From positions 672,001 through 736,000 of the forward strand of contig OZ244034.1 in the NCBI GenBank assembly GCA_965215185.1: DNA of 64,000 nucleotides. The letters are read 5' to 3'. The notes under the pieces were generated by a model, which worked only from the letters and a program-made list of their open reading frames with translations, was not told where the DNA came from and searched no databases. The position numbers and the translations under genes were made by a program. Source of the stretch: Acidimicrobiia bacterium. GTDB lineage: Bacteria; Actinomycetota; Acidimicrobiia; Spongiisociales; ZC4RG35. Each line of letters begins with the position of its first letter. Positions within the stretch are counted from its first letter, which is position 1. Below, piece after piece: positions 18,997-31,272 of this stretch.

Positions 18997-19710
18997 TCAA
19001 CCGGCAACTATTACCAGGCGATTCCCTGAGGGCTGGACGGGACGACTGTTGGGCCCGCCGCTCAATTCGAGGAGGCTGTCAACCTGCTCGCGGCAGATGG
19101 TGGTTGGTTGGCGCATCACATACCATCCAACCGGTTCATCGCACGGGGGAGTCGTTGTCGACCCGTCGTATCGGTAATAGCCGCTTCCGCTGGGCACGAA
19201 GCTATAAGCGTTGAGGGTGGAGCCGTCAACGACCGCGCCCTCATCTCTGGGAGCTACATCGAGGACCGCCTGTACCAGGGGGTTGTGTGCTCCCAGGTGG
19301 AACAACTGGGCCACCACCACATGGCCGGCGGCATCTGAATGGACCAGATGCAGTTCCGCCGCGAAGCGTCGTCCCTGTATCAAATGCTCGGACGGGGAAT
19401 GAATATGCGCCGTTTCCAGCTGGTAGGTCTGATGGCCGACGCTTAGCGTGTTTCCTGGTTGATAGTCGACATGCACGAACCTGCCGTCGTTGCGGACGGC
19501 TTTGGCGGCCACGCGGTAGGAGAACGAAATGGACGCCGGCCTTCCCTCCAGATATCGCCGTATGTCGATAGGGGATTGTTGTTTGCCGTCGGCGCAGGTT
19601 CGGTATTCCTCTGATATCAAGGCCCAATTCTGTGGCGCTCCGGGCCCCTCGTATCCCCACTGCACGATCTGATCCTTACAACCACGGGCCCCGTCCACCG
19701 ACGATCTCAT
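18997..19710 (-). CDS. Alpha-class carbonic anhydrase
   Basis: WGY, QQSPIDI, HIHSPSEH, ELHLVH, YDGSTTTPPC, NSRPVQP. Confidence 0.92.
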   Translation of the reverse strand: MRSSVDGARGCKDQIVQWGYEGPGAPQNWALISEEYRTCADGKQQSPIDIRRYLEGRPASISFSYRVAAKAVRNDGRFVHVDYQPGNTLSVGHQTYQLETAHIHSPSEHLIQGRRFAAELHLVHSDAAGHVVVAQLFHLGAHNPLVQAVLDVAPRDEGAVVDGSTLNAYSFVPSGSGYYRYDGSTTTPPCDEPVGWYVMRQPTTICREQVDSLLELSGGPNSRPVQPSGNRLVIVAG

Positions 19711-19902
19711 GGGGGAGGCATGGTAGCGGTAAGCCAGACCTTCTTGCCACCTGCGAAATCTGCTGGGAGGGCCGGGATGACATCAGAACACAGCTGGAGG
19801 TCGTTGAGCCCCTGCCTGTCGGGTGGCAAGGGGCGATCCGAACTCCGGTTGAGCGGGGCCGGCTTGGTGAACCACTGTTCAGGAAGGGGGGGATCTGGCA
19901 GG

Positions 19903-19918
19903 TAGCATCTGGGTGATG
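19903..19918 (+). promoter_or_regulatory. Leaderless promoter of aroC
   Basis: TAGCAT (19903-19908), 7 nt, ATG 19916. Confidence 0.5.
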
Positions 19919-21073
19919 CTTCGGTTTCTGACTGCGGGTGAGTCGCACGGGCCTGGATTGGTTACGGTTGTTGAGGGGTTGCCGGCTGGGTTGGCCTTCA
20001 GTGTGGAGGATTTGTCGGGGGAGTTGGCGCGGCGGCGGCTGGGGTTCGGACGGGGCAATCGGATGAAACTGGAAGAGGACAAACTGGAGATCATGGGGGG
20101 AGTTCGCCATGGCTATACGCTGGGGAGCCCGGTGGCGGTGGTCATTCGCAACACCGAGTGGCCCAAATGGGAGAAGGAGATGAGTCCCTTTCCGGGACAT
20201 GAGCCGCGGCGGGAGATGACAGCTCCTCGCCCGGGGCATGCCGACCTGGCCGGGATGATCAAGTACAACACCCACGATGCCCGCAACATCCTGGAGCGGG
20301 CATCGGCGCGGGAGACTGCGGCCAGGACGGTGGTCGGGTATCTCTCCAAGCTGCTGTTGGCTGCCTTGGACGTGGAGGTCTTCAGCCACGTTGTCGCCAT
20401 TGGTGAAGCGAAGGCTCCCGATTTACCGCTGCCGGTGCCTTCGGATTTGAAAACCATCGATCAGTCGCCGGTGCGGGTTTTCCACCCCGAGGCGGAACAG
20501 GCGATGATCGTCGAGATTGAGGCGGCCCAGAAGGACCGCAACACTCTGGGTGGGGTGGTGGAGGTGTTGGCCTACGGCCTTCCGCCCGGTATAGGCAGCC
20601 ATGTCCACTGGGACCGCAAACTGGATGCCCGGCTGGCTGGGGCCTTGATGTCAGTTCATGCCATCAAAGGAGTGGAGGTGGGAGACGGGTTCCGCTCCGC
20701 CGCCCGGCGGGGGACCGTCGCCCACGACGAGATCTTCTACGAGGAAGAAGATGGATACTTTCGGGAAACCAATCGGGCGGGAGGTACTGAGGGTGGCATC
20801 ACTTTGGGAGGGGTTCTGCGGGTGAGGGCCGCCATGAAGCCCATCTCCACCGTGATGCGTCCCCTCCAAACCGTGGATGTGAACACCCGCCAGCCACAAA
20901 AGGCCTTTCGGGAGCGTTCCGATGTGTGTGCGGTTCCCGCGGCGGGAGTGGTGGCCGAGCAGATGGTGGCAGTGATCCTGGCCCAGGAAGTGCAACGCAT
21001 GGTGGGGGGAGACACAGTTGACGATCTGCGGGCAGGATGGGAATACCACCGCAGAAAGGTGGAGGGGTTCTGA
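19916..21073 (+). CDS. aroC: Chorismate synthase
   Basis: LTAGESHG, RPGHAD, ERASARETA, AMKPIST, ERSD. Confidence 0.98.
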   Translation: MLRFLTAGESHGPGLVTVVEGLPAGLAFSVEDLSGELARRRLGFGRGNRMKLEEDKLEIMGGVRHGYTLGSPVAVVIRNTEWPKWEKEMSPFPGHEPRREMTAPRPGHADLAGMIKYNTHDARNILERASARETAARTVVGYLSKLLLAALDVEVFSHVVAIGEAKAPDLPLPVPSDLKTIDQSPVRVFHPEAEQAMIVEIEAAQKDRNTLGGVVEVLAYGLPPGIGSHVHWDRKLDARLAGALMSVHAIKGVEVGDGFRSAARRGTVAHDEIFYEEEDGYFRETNRAGGTEGGITLGGVLRVRAAMKPISTVMRPLQTVDVNTRQPQKAFRERSDVCAVPAAGVVAEQMVAVILAQEVQRMVGGDTVDDLRAGWEYHRRKVEGF

Positions 21074-21585
21074 CTCCCAAGCTGTGGCTGATCGGGATGA
21101 TGAGTTCCGGGAAGACCAAGGTGGGCCGGATAATCTCCTATCGAAGCGGCCTGCCGTTTGTGGATGTGGATGATGAGATCGTGGAACGAGCCGGGATGAC
21201 CATCCCCCAGATCTTCGCCGAGCAGGGAGAGCCGGCTTTCCGAGCCCTGGAATCCGAAGAGGTGGCCCGTATCGCCCAAGGCCGAGAGAGGATGATCGTG
21301 GCCACCGGCGGGGGAGTGATCCTGGATGCAAACAGTCGCCGCCTGATGCGCGACAGTGGACTGGTGGTGTGGCTGAAGCCCTCTCTGGTCTCGCTGATTG
21401 CCCGGGGGAAGACCCGCAACCGTCCCCTGTTGCAGGGTTATGCCGACCTGGGGGCCCGCTACACCCAAATCTGGGAGGCTCGCAAACACCTCTATGAAGA
21501 AGCCGCCCACCTGAGTATGGAAATGGATGGGAAGACTCGCGAACTGGTTGCTGAGGAAGTGTGGAGGCTGTGGAAAGCATCCTGA
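21070..21585 (+). CDS. aroK: Shikimate kinase
   Basis: LIGMMSSGKT, D.D, GEPAFRALE, ATGGG, RPLL. Probable CTG start overlapping the aroC stop (alternative ATG 21037). Confidence 0.93.
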   Translation: MTPKLWLIGMMSSGKTKVGRIISYRSGLPFVDVDDEIVERAGMTIPQIFAEQGEPAFRALESEEVARIAQGRERMIVATGGGVILDANSRRLMRDSGLVVWLKPSLVSLIARGKTRNRPLLQGYADLGARYTQIWEARKHLYEEAAHLSMEMDGKTRELVAEEVWRLWKAS

Positions 21586-22619
21586 TCGGGGATCGGTGCG
21601 AGATACTCGTCTCCGATGGCTTGCCTGCTCCGCTTCTTCCTTCCCGTCCGGGCCATCCTCCCGCCCGGGTGGTGGTGCTCACCCAGCCAGGAGCGGTGAC
21701 CGAGGTGGCCAGGGGGGTGGCTGCCCGCATCGCACAAGAAGCCCGGGAGGGGGCGTTGTCGGTGCACACATTGGAGATACCAGACCGTGACGAGGCCAAG
21801 ACGCTGGGGGTGGCCGAAGAGATCTACCGGGAACTCGACCGGCTCAGGGTGGGCAGATACGACACCATTGTGGGGGTGGGAGGGGGAGCCGCCACCGATC
21901 TGGCCGGATTTGTGGCCTCCACCTGGTTGCGGGGAGTGGAGGCGGTGTATGTGCCTACCACCTTGTTGGGAGCGGTGGACGCCTCTATCGGAGGCAAGAC
22001 GGGTGTAAACCGAGAGGGGAAGAACCAGGTCGGTACGTTCCGTCATCCCCGTCGGGTGGCGATCAGCATCAATGTCTTGAGGTCACTTCCGCGCCCGCTA
22101 CTCATCGAGGGGATGGCCGAGGCCCTGAAAGCCGGTTTGATCGGAGACCCCGGCCTGGCGGAGATTCTGGAGGAGCACGGGCTGTCCGCCCCTCTGGCGG
22201 AGGTGGTGCCCCGAGCGATTCGGGTGAAAGCGCAAGTCACGGCCGCCGACTTTTTCGAGACGGGACGACGGGCCATTCTCAACTACGGGCACACCATCGG
22301 CCACGCAATCGAATCGGCTACCGGCATTCCTCATGGTCACGCGGTGGCGGTGGGAATGGTGGCGGCTGGTGCGATTTCGGAGCAAAAGATGGGTTTTGCT
22401 CAACGGCTTCGGCAGCGGGAGATGATCGCCTCCTTGGGGTTGCCGCTTCGTTCTCCGAAGGTGGCTCGGGCTGTGATCATGCAACTGCTTGGGAAGGACA
22501 AGAAACGTGGGAGAGGGCCCATCCCGAAGATGGTGCTACTGGAGGACTTCGGGAAACCGGTGGTGGTTGACGTCTCCTCGGACGATCTGGAGATGGGGTT
22601 GGCAGCGGTGGGGTTGTGA
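21561..22619 (+). CDS. aroB: 3-dehydroquinate synthase
   Basis: GGGAATDLAGF, PTTLLGAVDASIGGKT, LNYGHTIGHAIE, HGHAV. Confidence 0.96.
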   Translation: MEAVESILIGDRCEILVSDGLPAPLLPSRPGHPPARVVVLTQPGAVTEVARGVAARIAQEAREGALSVHTLEIPDRDEAKTLGVAEEIYRELDRLRVGRYDTIVGVGGGAATDLAGFVASTWLRGVEAVYVPTTLLGAVDASIGGKTGVNREGKNQVGTFRHPRRVAISINVLRSLPRPLLIEGMAEALKAGLIGDPGLAEILEEHGLSAPLAEVVPRAIRVKAQVTAADFFETGRRAILNYGHTIGHAIESATGIPHGHAVAVGMVAAGAISEQKMGFAQRLRQREMIASLGLPLRSPKVARAVIMQLLGKDKKRGRGPIPKMVLLEDFGKPVVVDVSSDDLEMGLAAVGL

Positions 22620-22664
22620 TCCTCTACACTTTGACCTGACCTCTCCCCCACTAAAAGCGAACCC

Positions 22665-23222
22665 ATGATCTCCACCAACGATGTACGTCCCGGCATGGCG
22701 CTGGAACTTCCCGACGGGGTGTTTTCCATTGTCACTTACCAGCACGTCAAACCGGGCAAGGGGAAGGCGTTCGTAAGGATGAAGATCAAGAACGCCGAGA
22801 CGGGGCAAGTGCTGGACCGCACCTTCCGGGCGGGCGAAGATGTGCCCCGGGCCATCATCTCCCGACGTGACCACCAGTATCTGTACCGGGACGATCTGGG
22901 TTTTCATTTCATGAACATGGAGGACTATTCCCAGTTCGCCCTTTCCTCCGATGAGATTGGTGACGATGCTGGATATCTGGTGGATGGAATGAGTTTGACC
23001 ATCGCCTTCCACAAAGACCGCCCCATCGGCTTGGAACTTCCTACCTCGGTGGAGATGGAAGTTACCTACGCTGAGCCGGGGGTGAAGGGCGACCGGGTGT
23101 CAGGGGCCACCAAGGACGTCATAGTCGAGACTGGAATCAGTATCAAGACGCCGCTCTTTGTGGGGCAGGGTGACCGCATCAGGGTCGACACTCGCACCGG
23201 CGCATACCTTACCAGAGTGTGA
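22665..23222 (+). CDS. efp: Elongation factor P
   Basis: HVKPGKG, PGVKGD, VDTRTG.Y..R. Confidence 0.98.
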   Translation: MISTNDVRPGMALELPDGVFSIVTYQHVKPGKGKAFVRMKIKNAETGQVLDRTFRAGEDVPRAIISRRDHQYLYRDDLGFHFMNMEDYSQFALSSDEIGDDAGYLVDGMSLTIAFHKDRPIGLELPTSVEMEVTYAEPGVKGDRVSGATKDVIVETGISIKTPLFVGQGDRIRVDTRTGAYLTRV

Positions 23223-24856
23223 ATATCTGGTCTGAGTGGGAGGAGACTCCCGGTCTTTTTGAAGGTCCCTCCGATGATCCGCGTTATCAGGCGCTGGGAA
23301 TCCTCTATGAGATAGCGGTCTCCGACGGATTGGATTTGGATGACGCCCTGGAGGGAAAGCTCCCCAAGGCCGAGTTGATAGTGCGGGGAGTCACCGTGCA
23401 GACAGAGCGCCTCGACTCGGTTATCGAGAAAGCCTCCCAAGGCTGGAAGGCCGGGCGGATGCCCGCGGTTGATCTGGCCATATTGCGGATGGCCGTGTTC
23501 GAGTTGCGGCATCACAGCCGTACCCCGGTGGCGGTGATCATCTCCGAGGCGGTGAGGATCGCCGGGGAGTTCTCCACCGAGCACAGCGGCCGGTTTGTGA
23601 ACGGGGTGCTGGCCACCATCGCCGGGTGGGTGCGACCCGACTTCTCGGCCGCCGGGACGGCGGAGGGAAGCGGACCCGTGGGGACGAGAATGTGGCGGCG
23701 GGCCAAGCCTGGTCTGCTGGTCACCGCCGACGGGGAGGTATTCGCCGGGCGATCGGTGGGAGCCTCGGGGACAACGGTGGGGGAGGTGGTGTTCAACACC
23801 GCCATGAGCGGTTACCAGGAGGTGTTTACCGATCCTTCGTACGCCGGCCAGATCGTGGTGATGACCGCCCCTCATATCGGCAACTACGGGGTCACCGATG
23901 ACGACTCCCAAGCAGGGCGGCCCGCAGCAGCGGGAGTGGTGATGAGATCCTATTCCCAGCGCTATTCAAATTGGCGGGCGGAAGGCAACCTGTCGGACTT
24001 TTTGACCGCCAACGGACTGGTGGCTGTGACCGGGATCGACACCCGTCGGCTGACCCGCCACATCCGCGAGCAGGGGGCGATGCCCGCTGCCATGGGGGAA
24101 GGGGCCTCCGCGGCGGAACTGGCGGCGATGGCCGCGGCCGCCCCGGTGATGGTGGGACAGGATCTCGCCTCGACGGTCTCCACCGGATCTTCCTACCATG
24201 TCTCGCCCCAAACACAGCTTCGAGGGAAGGTTGTCGCCATCGACCTGGGGATAAAACGTGATATCTTGGACCAGCTTGCTCAGCGTGGATTGGAAGTGGA
24301 GGTGATGCCTCTCGACGTCTCCGCTTCGCAGGTGCTGGACGCCCGGCCCGACGGCGTGTTCCTCTCCAACGGCCCCGGGGATCCCGAGCCGCTTCATACG
24401 GCCGTGACCACTCTTCGTGGCATCTTGGGGAAGGTTCCGGTGTTCGGGATCTGCCTGGGACAGCAGGTGATGGGATTGGCGTTGGGTGCCAAGACCTACA
24501 AGCTTCCTTTCGGACATCACGGAGGAAACCATCCGGTGCGCAGGCTCTCTGATGGAAGGGTGGAGATCACTTCCCAGAATCATGGGTTTTCGGTTGATCT
24601 TTGGTCGCTTACTGACCGCTGCGCCCCCTCCCGTGAGGGTCTGGTGACTCCCCAACTGCTGCCCGCTTCGGTTGAGTCGGACTTCGGAGCGATTGCCCCC
24701 ACCCACCAGAACCTCAACGATGGCACTCTGGAGGGACTGGAGTGTCGGGATATTCCCGCTTTCTCGGTGCAATATCATCCCGAGGCTGCTCCGGGACCTC
24801 GCGATGCTGTGGGGCTCTTCGACGACTTTATGCGTCTGATGGACCGCGGGGTGTAG
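23219..24856 (+). CDS. nusB-carA: NusB-CarA fusion: transcription antitermination factor joined to carbamoyl-phosphate synthase small chain
   Basis: aa ~20-140 are NusB (RMPAVDLAILR, IISEAV, FVNGVL). From aa ~160 it is CarA (GEVVFNTAMSGYQE..TDPSY, SNGPGDP, GICLG, QNHGF, QYHPE). No stop between them. Confidence 0.92.
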   Translation: MNIWSEWEETPGLFEGPSDDPRYQALGILYEIAVSDGLDLDDALEGKLPKAELIVRGVTVQTERLDSVIEKASQGWKAGRMPAVDLAILRMAVFELRHHSRTPVAVIISEAVRIAGEFSTEHSGRFVNGVLATIAGWVRPDFSAAGTAEGSGPVGTRMWRRAKPGLLVTADGEVFAGRSVGASGTTVGEVVFNTAMSGYQEVFTDPSYAGQIVVMTAPHIGNYGVTDDDSQAGRPAAAGVVMRSYSQRYSNWRAEGNLSDFLTANGLVAVTGIDTRRLTRHIREQGAMPAAMGEGASAAELAAMAAAAPVMVGQDLASTVSTGSSYHVSPQTQLRGKVVAIDLGIKRDILDQLAQRGLEVEVMPLDVSASQVLDARPDGVFLSNGPGDPEPLHTAVTTLRGILGKVPVFGICLGQQVMGLALGAKTYKLPFGHHGGNHPVRRLSDGRVEITSQNHGFSVDLWSLTDRCAPSREGLVTPQLLPASVESDFGAIAPTHQNLNDGTLEGLECRDIPAFSVQYHPEAAPGPRDAVGLFDDFMRLMDRGV

Positions 24857-24859
24857 TGA

Positions 24860-28086
<3,227 letters not shown>

Positions 28087-28090
<4 letters not shown>

Positions 28091-28764
28091 ATTTGGAGGG
28101 CGAAAAGCTCTTGGTCCGATTGGCGGTCACCGATGCCGAAGAGGCGGTCAGAGTTGCCTCGAATATGAAGGAGAGAGTGGGCGGGCTGGTAGTCGGAGTT
28201 GGTTTGTTGTTGGACCGGGGTCCGATACTGGTAGGTGCGCTCTGTGCGTTGGGTAAACCGGTGCTGGTGGATTTGGGCATCATTGATGCCCCGGAGGTGG
28301 TGGCCAGGGCGGTGGCGCGGATGGGAAAGCTAGGTGCCCGGTGGGTGAGTGTCTCCGGCTTGGTGGGCCGAACCGCGGTGCGGGCGGCAGTGGCGGAGGC
28401 CAATGAATATCCGAACACTTCGGTGGTGGTTTCCGCCACCCTCTCGGGTTGGGCCGGGGAGGATGAGCTAAAAGGGGTGGGGATCGGCGACACTCCGGGC
28501 CGGCAGGTCTCTCGGATGACCAGACTGGCCGCCGCGTCCGGCACCGGAGGGATTGTCTTTCCGGCCCGGGAGTTGGGGGTGGTCGCCCAGGTTGCGGATT
28601 CTTCCAGATTGGGAAACTTCGAGGGCCTTTCTCGAATGGCGGACACTACGTCCGGCCTATCCTCTTCGGAACACATGACTGAGATAACCGACATCATTGG
28701 GAAAGGCGCCGACTGGGTGATAGTTGCCCAGGAAGCAATCGGGAGGGCAGGTGAGGGGAAGTGA
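28087..28764 (+). CDS. pyrF: OMP decarboxylase-like protein lacking catalytic residues (probable pseudoenzyme)
   Basis: Position carB-X-mihF, GTGA coupling, PyrF-like layout ending GADWVIV. The DxKxxDI motif reads DLGIIDA. Confidence 0.75.
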
Positions 28765-28897
28765 ATTCCAGGCCTGGAAGGATGATTTGGCTGAGGAGAA
28801 GGAGCAATATGTTTTTGGTTTCCAACAGTTGCTTGGTATGGTATTCGACCTGTTTGGGAGCCACCCAACCGACCTGCGATTGGACATAAGGAGCATT

Positions 28898-29206
28898 ATG
28901 AAGCCACCACCTCTCACCCCCGAACAGCGTAGACAAGCACTGGTTAAAGCCGCAGCCGTTCGCAAAGGCAGGGCAGAAATCAAGGCAGATTTGAGCGATC
29001 GTCGCCTGAGCATGGTTGAACTGTTGGAGCGGACGGACGATCCGCTGGTAGGTGGAATGAAAGTTGCCGCCGCGCTGTCGGCGCTCCCGGGTCTTGGGAA
29101 GAAACGCACCAGCATGCTCATGGAGAGGGTTGGCATTCTCGAAAACCGGCGTCTTCGCGGTCTGGGAGAACGCCAGCGCGAAGCCCTCATCAGAGAATTG
29201 TCCTGA
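28898..29206 (+). CDS. mihF: Actinobacterial integration host factor (mIHF/sIHF)
   Basis: PPLTPEQRRQAL.KA...R..RAEIK, LPGLGK, NRRLRGLG.RQ; AAGGAG SD before ATG 28898. Confidence 0.95.
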   Translation: MKPPPLTPEQRRQALVKAAAVRKGRAEIKADLSDRRLSMVELLERTDDPLVGGMKVAAALSALPGLGKKRTSMLMERVGILENRRLRGLGERQREALIRELS

Positions 29207-29225
29207 GAGCAGCAGTTTCGAGGTT

Positions 29226-29783
29226 TTGACCAAGCTCCCGAGCCTGGTTTTGGTGGTGTCCGGCCCCTCAGGGGTCGGCAAATCCACTGCGCTGGCCGAG
29301 TTGGCCAAACAGCGAAATGTCGAGATAGTCACTTCCTTCACCACCCGCAGATGTCGGACGAACGAGGCCGACACGGTGGACTACCACTTTGTGGACGAAA
29401 AGCAATTCCAAGAGATGGTCAGTCGAGATGAGTTCCTGGAGTGGGTCCAATACGACGGGCACTATTACGGCACTCCTCTCAAGGCTGTGGAGGAGATTGT
29501 GGAGAAAGGAGGGGTGGCGGTCCTGGAGATCGAGCGGCGGGGGGCGTTGGCGGTAAAGCAGAGATTTGCAGAGGCTGTGCTGGTATTGCTCCAACCCCCT
29601 TTTCCAGGTGAACTGGAGAGACGGTTGCGCTCCCGCGGCGCCACCGAAGAGTTCCTGAGCCGCCGTCTCGCTCTGGCGGAGCAAGATACCCCCACCTCAG
29701 ACGACCTTTACGACGAAATCTTGACCAGCACCGAAACGGGCGAAACGGTGCAAGCGTTGAGCCGTATAATCGAAGGGCGCTAA
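29226..29783 (+). CDS. gmk: Guanylate kinase
   Basis: SGPSGVGKST, TTR..R, DYHFV, FLEW, YYGT. Confidence 0.95.
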   Translation: MTKLPSLVLVVSGPSGVGKSTALAELAKQRNVEIVTSFTTRRCRTNEADTVDYHFVDEKQFQEMVSRDEFLEWVQYDGHYYGTPLKAVEEIVEKGGVAVLEIERRGALAVKQRFAEAVLVLLQPPFPGELERRLRSRGATEEFLSRRLALAEQDTPTSDDLYDEILTSTETGETVQALSRIIEGR

Positions 29784-29824
29784 GCCCCACTAACAGACGA
29801 ACATTTTGAGAGGCGGCCTTCAGC

Positions 29825-30082
29825 ATGAAAATCGAAGAAGTAGTAGACAAGATAGGTAATCGGTTCTCGGCCTCGGTGGTGGCGTCCCGTCGCGCTCGTG
29901 ACATCCAGGGTTACTACGCCCATTTGGGACAGGGCATCGGACAGTTCATCCCGCCGCAGGTGCATACCTATGCCCGCAAACCCTTGACCATTGCCATGGA
30001 GGAGATCCTGGAGGACAAAGTGGTCATGCAAACCCGCCAGGCTTCGGAAGAAAGCGAAACTCCCCAGACCCTGGAGTCTTAG
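29825..30082 (+). CDS. rpoZ: RNA polymerase omega subunit
   Basis: SRRARDI, KPLTIAMEEI; gmk-rpoZ-coaBC synteny. Confidence 0.92.
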   Translation: MKIEEVVDKIGNRFSASVVASRRARDIQGYYAHLGQGIGQFIPPQVHTYARKPLTIAMEEILEDKVVMQTRQASEESETPQTLES

Positions 30083-31263
30083 TGATCGGAGGACGCCGCA
30101 TCCTATTGGCGGTGACCGGGGGAGTTGCAGCTTTCAAGGTGGCCACTCTGGCCAGAATGCTCATTGACAATCAGGCCGAGGTACGAGCCATGATGACCGC
30201 CCCCGCCCGCAAATTCCTGGGCGCCAACACGCTTGCGGCCATAACCGGCCGCCCGGTAATAACCGACCTTTTCGATGACGCCACCTCAGTCAGTCCCCAC
30301 ACCGAAGCGGCCGAGTGGGCAGACTTGGTGGTGGTGGTGCCGGCTACCGCCGCCTCCCTGGCCCGGCTGGCGCAGGGTCTTTCTTCCGATACCGTCACCG
30401 CTACCGTCTTGGCGGCAACCTGTACGGTGGCGGTTGCCCCAGCTATGCACTCCGCTATGTGGGAACATCCCGCCACCCGCCGCAACCTGGTGACCCTTCG
30501 GTCCGATGGGGTGGTGGTATTGGGTCCGGTCAGCGGGCGCCTGGCGGGGGGCGATCGCGGAGTGGGGAGGATGATGGAGCCCGAAGAAATATTCGCGGCT
30601 CTCGAGACCATGTGGGAGGCGCCGCTGCAAGGCGTTCGGGTGGTGGTCACGGCTGGGGGGACACGGGAAGCCATCGATCCGGTTCGCTTTCTCAGCAACC
30701 ACTCTTCGGGAAAGATGGGTCACGCGGTGGCTGCCGAGTCATCCAGAAGGGGAGCAGAGACCACCCTGGTCACCTGCTCGCGTCTTTCTTCCCCACCGGG
30801 GGTGAAGAGGATCGATGTGGTATCGGCTCATGACATGGCCGAGGCGGTGGGTTCCGTGGAGGCGGATGTGGCGGTGATGACCGCGGCAGTGGCCGACTTC
30901 CGTCCCAAGATTTCCCATAGCCAGAAGTTGTCCCGAGGAGAGGGCCTGGATGTCCTGGAATTGGAACCTACCCGGGACGTACTGGGCGAGGTGTTGCGGA
31001 GAAAGCCCCGGCCCCGAGTGGTGGTGGGATTCGCGGCGGAGACGGGGAGTCTGGACAGAGCGGTCGGAAAGGCTCGGAAAAAGGGTGTTGATCTGATGGT
31101 GGCCAACGATGTGACGGTACCCGGGTCGGGGTTCGAGTCCGACAACAACCAGGTCGCCCTTATCCGAAGAAACGGTGACCCTGAGTCCTGGCCGTTGCAA
31201 CCCAAAAGCCGGGTGGCGGCCCGACTATGGGATGAAATCACCGTCTTGCTGGAAGAGGACTGA
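30082..31263 (+). CDS. coaBC: Bifunctional phosphopantothenoylcysteine decarboxylase / ligase
   Basis: GGVAAFK, PAMHSAMW, TAGGTREAIDPVRF, SSGKMG, GFAAET. Confidence 0.96.
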   Translation: MIGGRRILLAVTGGVAAFKVATLARMLIDNQAEVRAMMTAPARKFLGANTLAAITGRPVITDLFDDATSVSPHTEAAEWADLVVVVPATAASLARLAQGLSSDTVTATVLAATCTVAVAPAMHSAMWEHPATRRNLVTLRSDGVVVLGPVSGRLAGGDRGVGRMMEPEEIFAALETMWEAPLQGVRVVVTAGGTREAIDPVRFLSNHSSGKMGHAVAAESSRRGAETTLVTCSRLSSPPGVKRIDVVSAHDMAEAVGSVEADVAVMTAAVADFRPKISHSQKLSRGEGLDVLELEPTRDVLGEVLRRKPRPRVVVGFAAETGSLDRAVGKARKKGVDLMVANDVTVPGSGFESDNNQVALIRRNGDPESWPLQPKSRVAARLWDEITVLLEED

Positions 31264-31272
31264 CGAAAGAGG

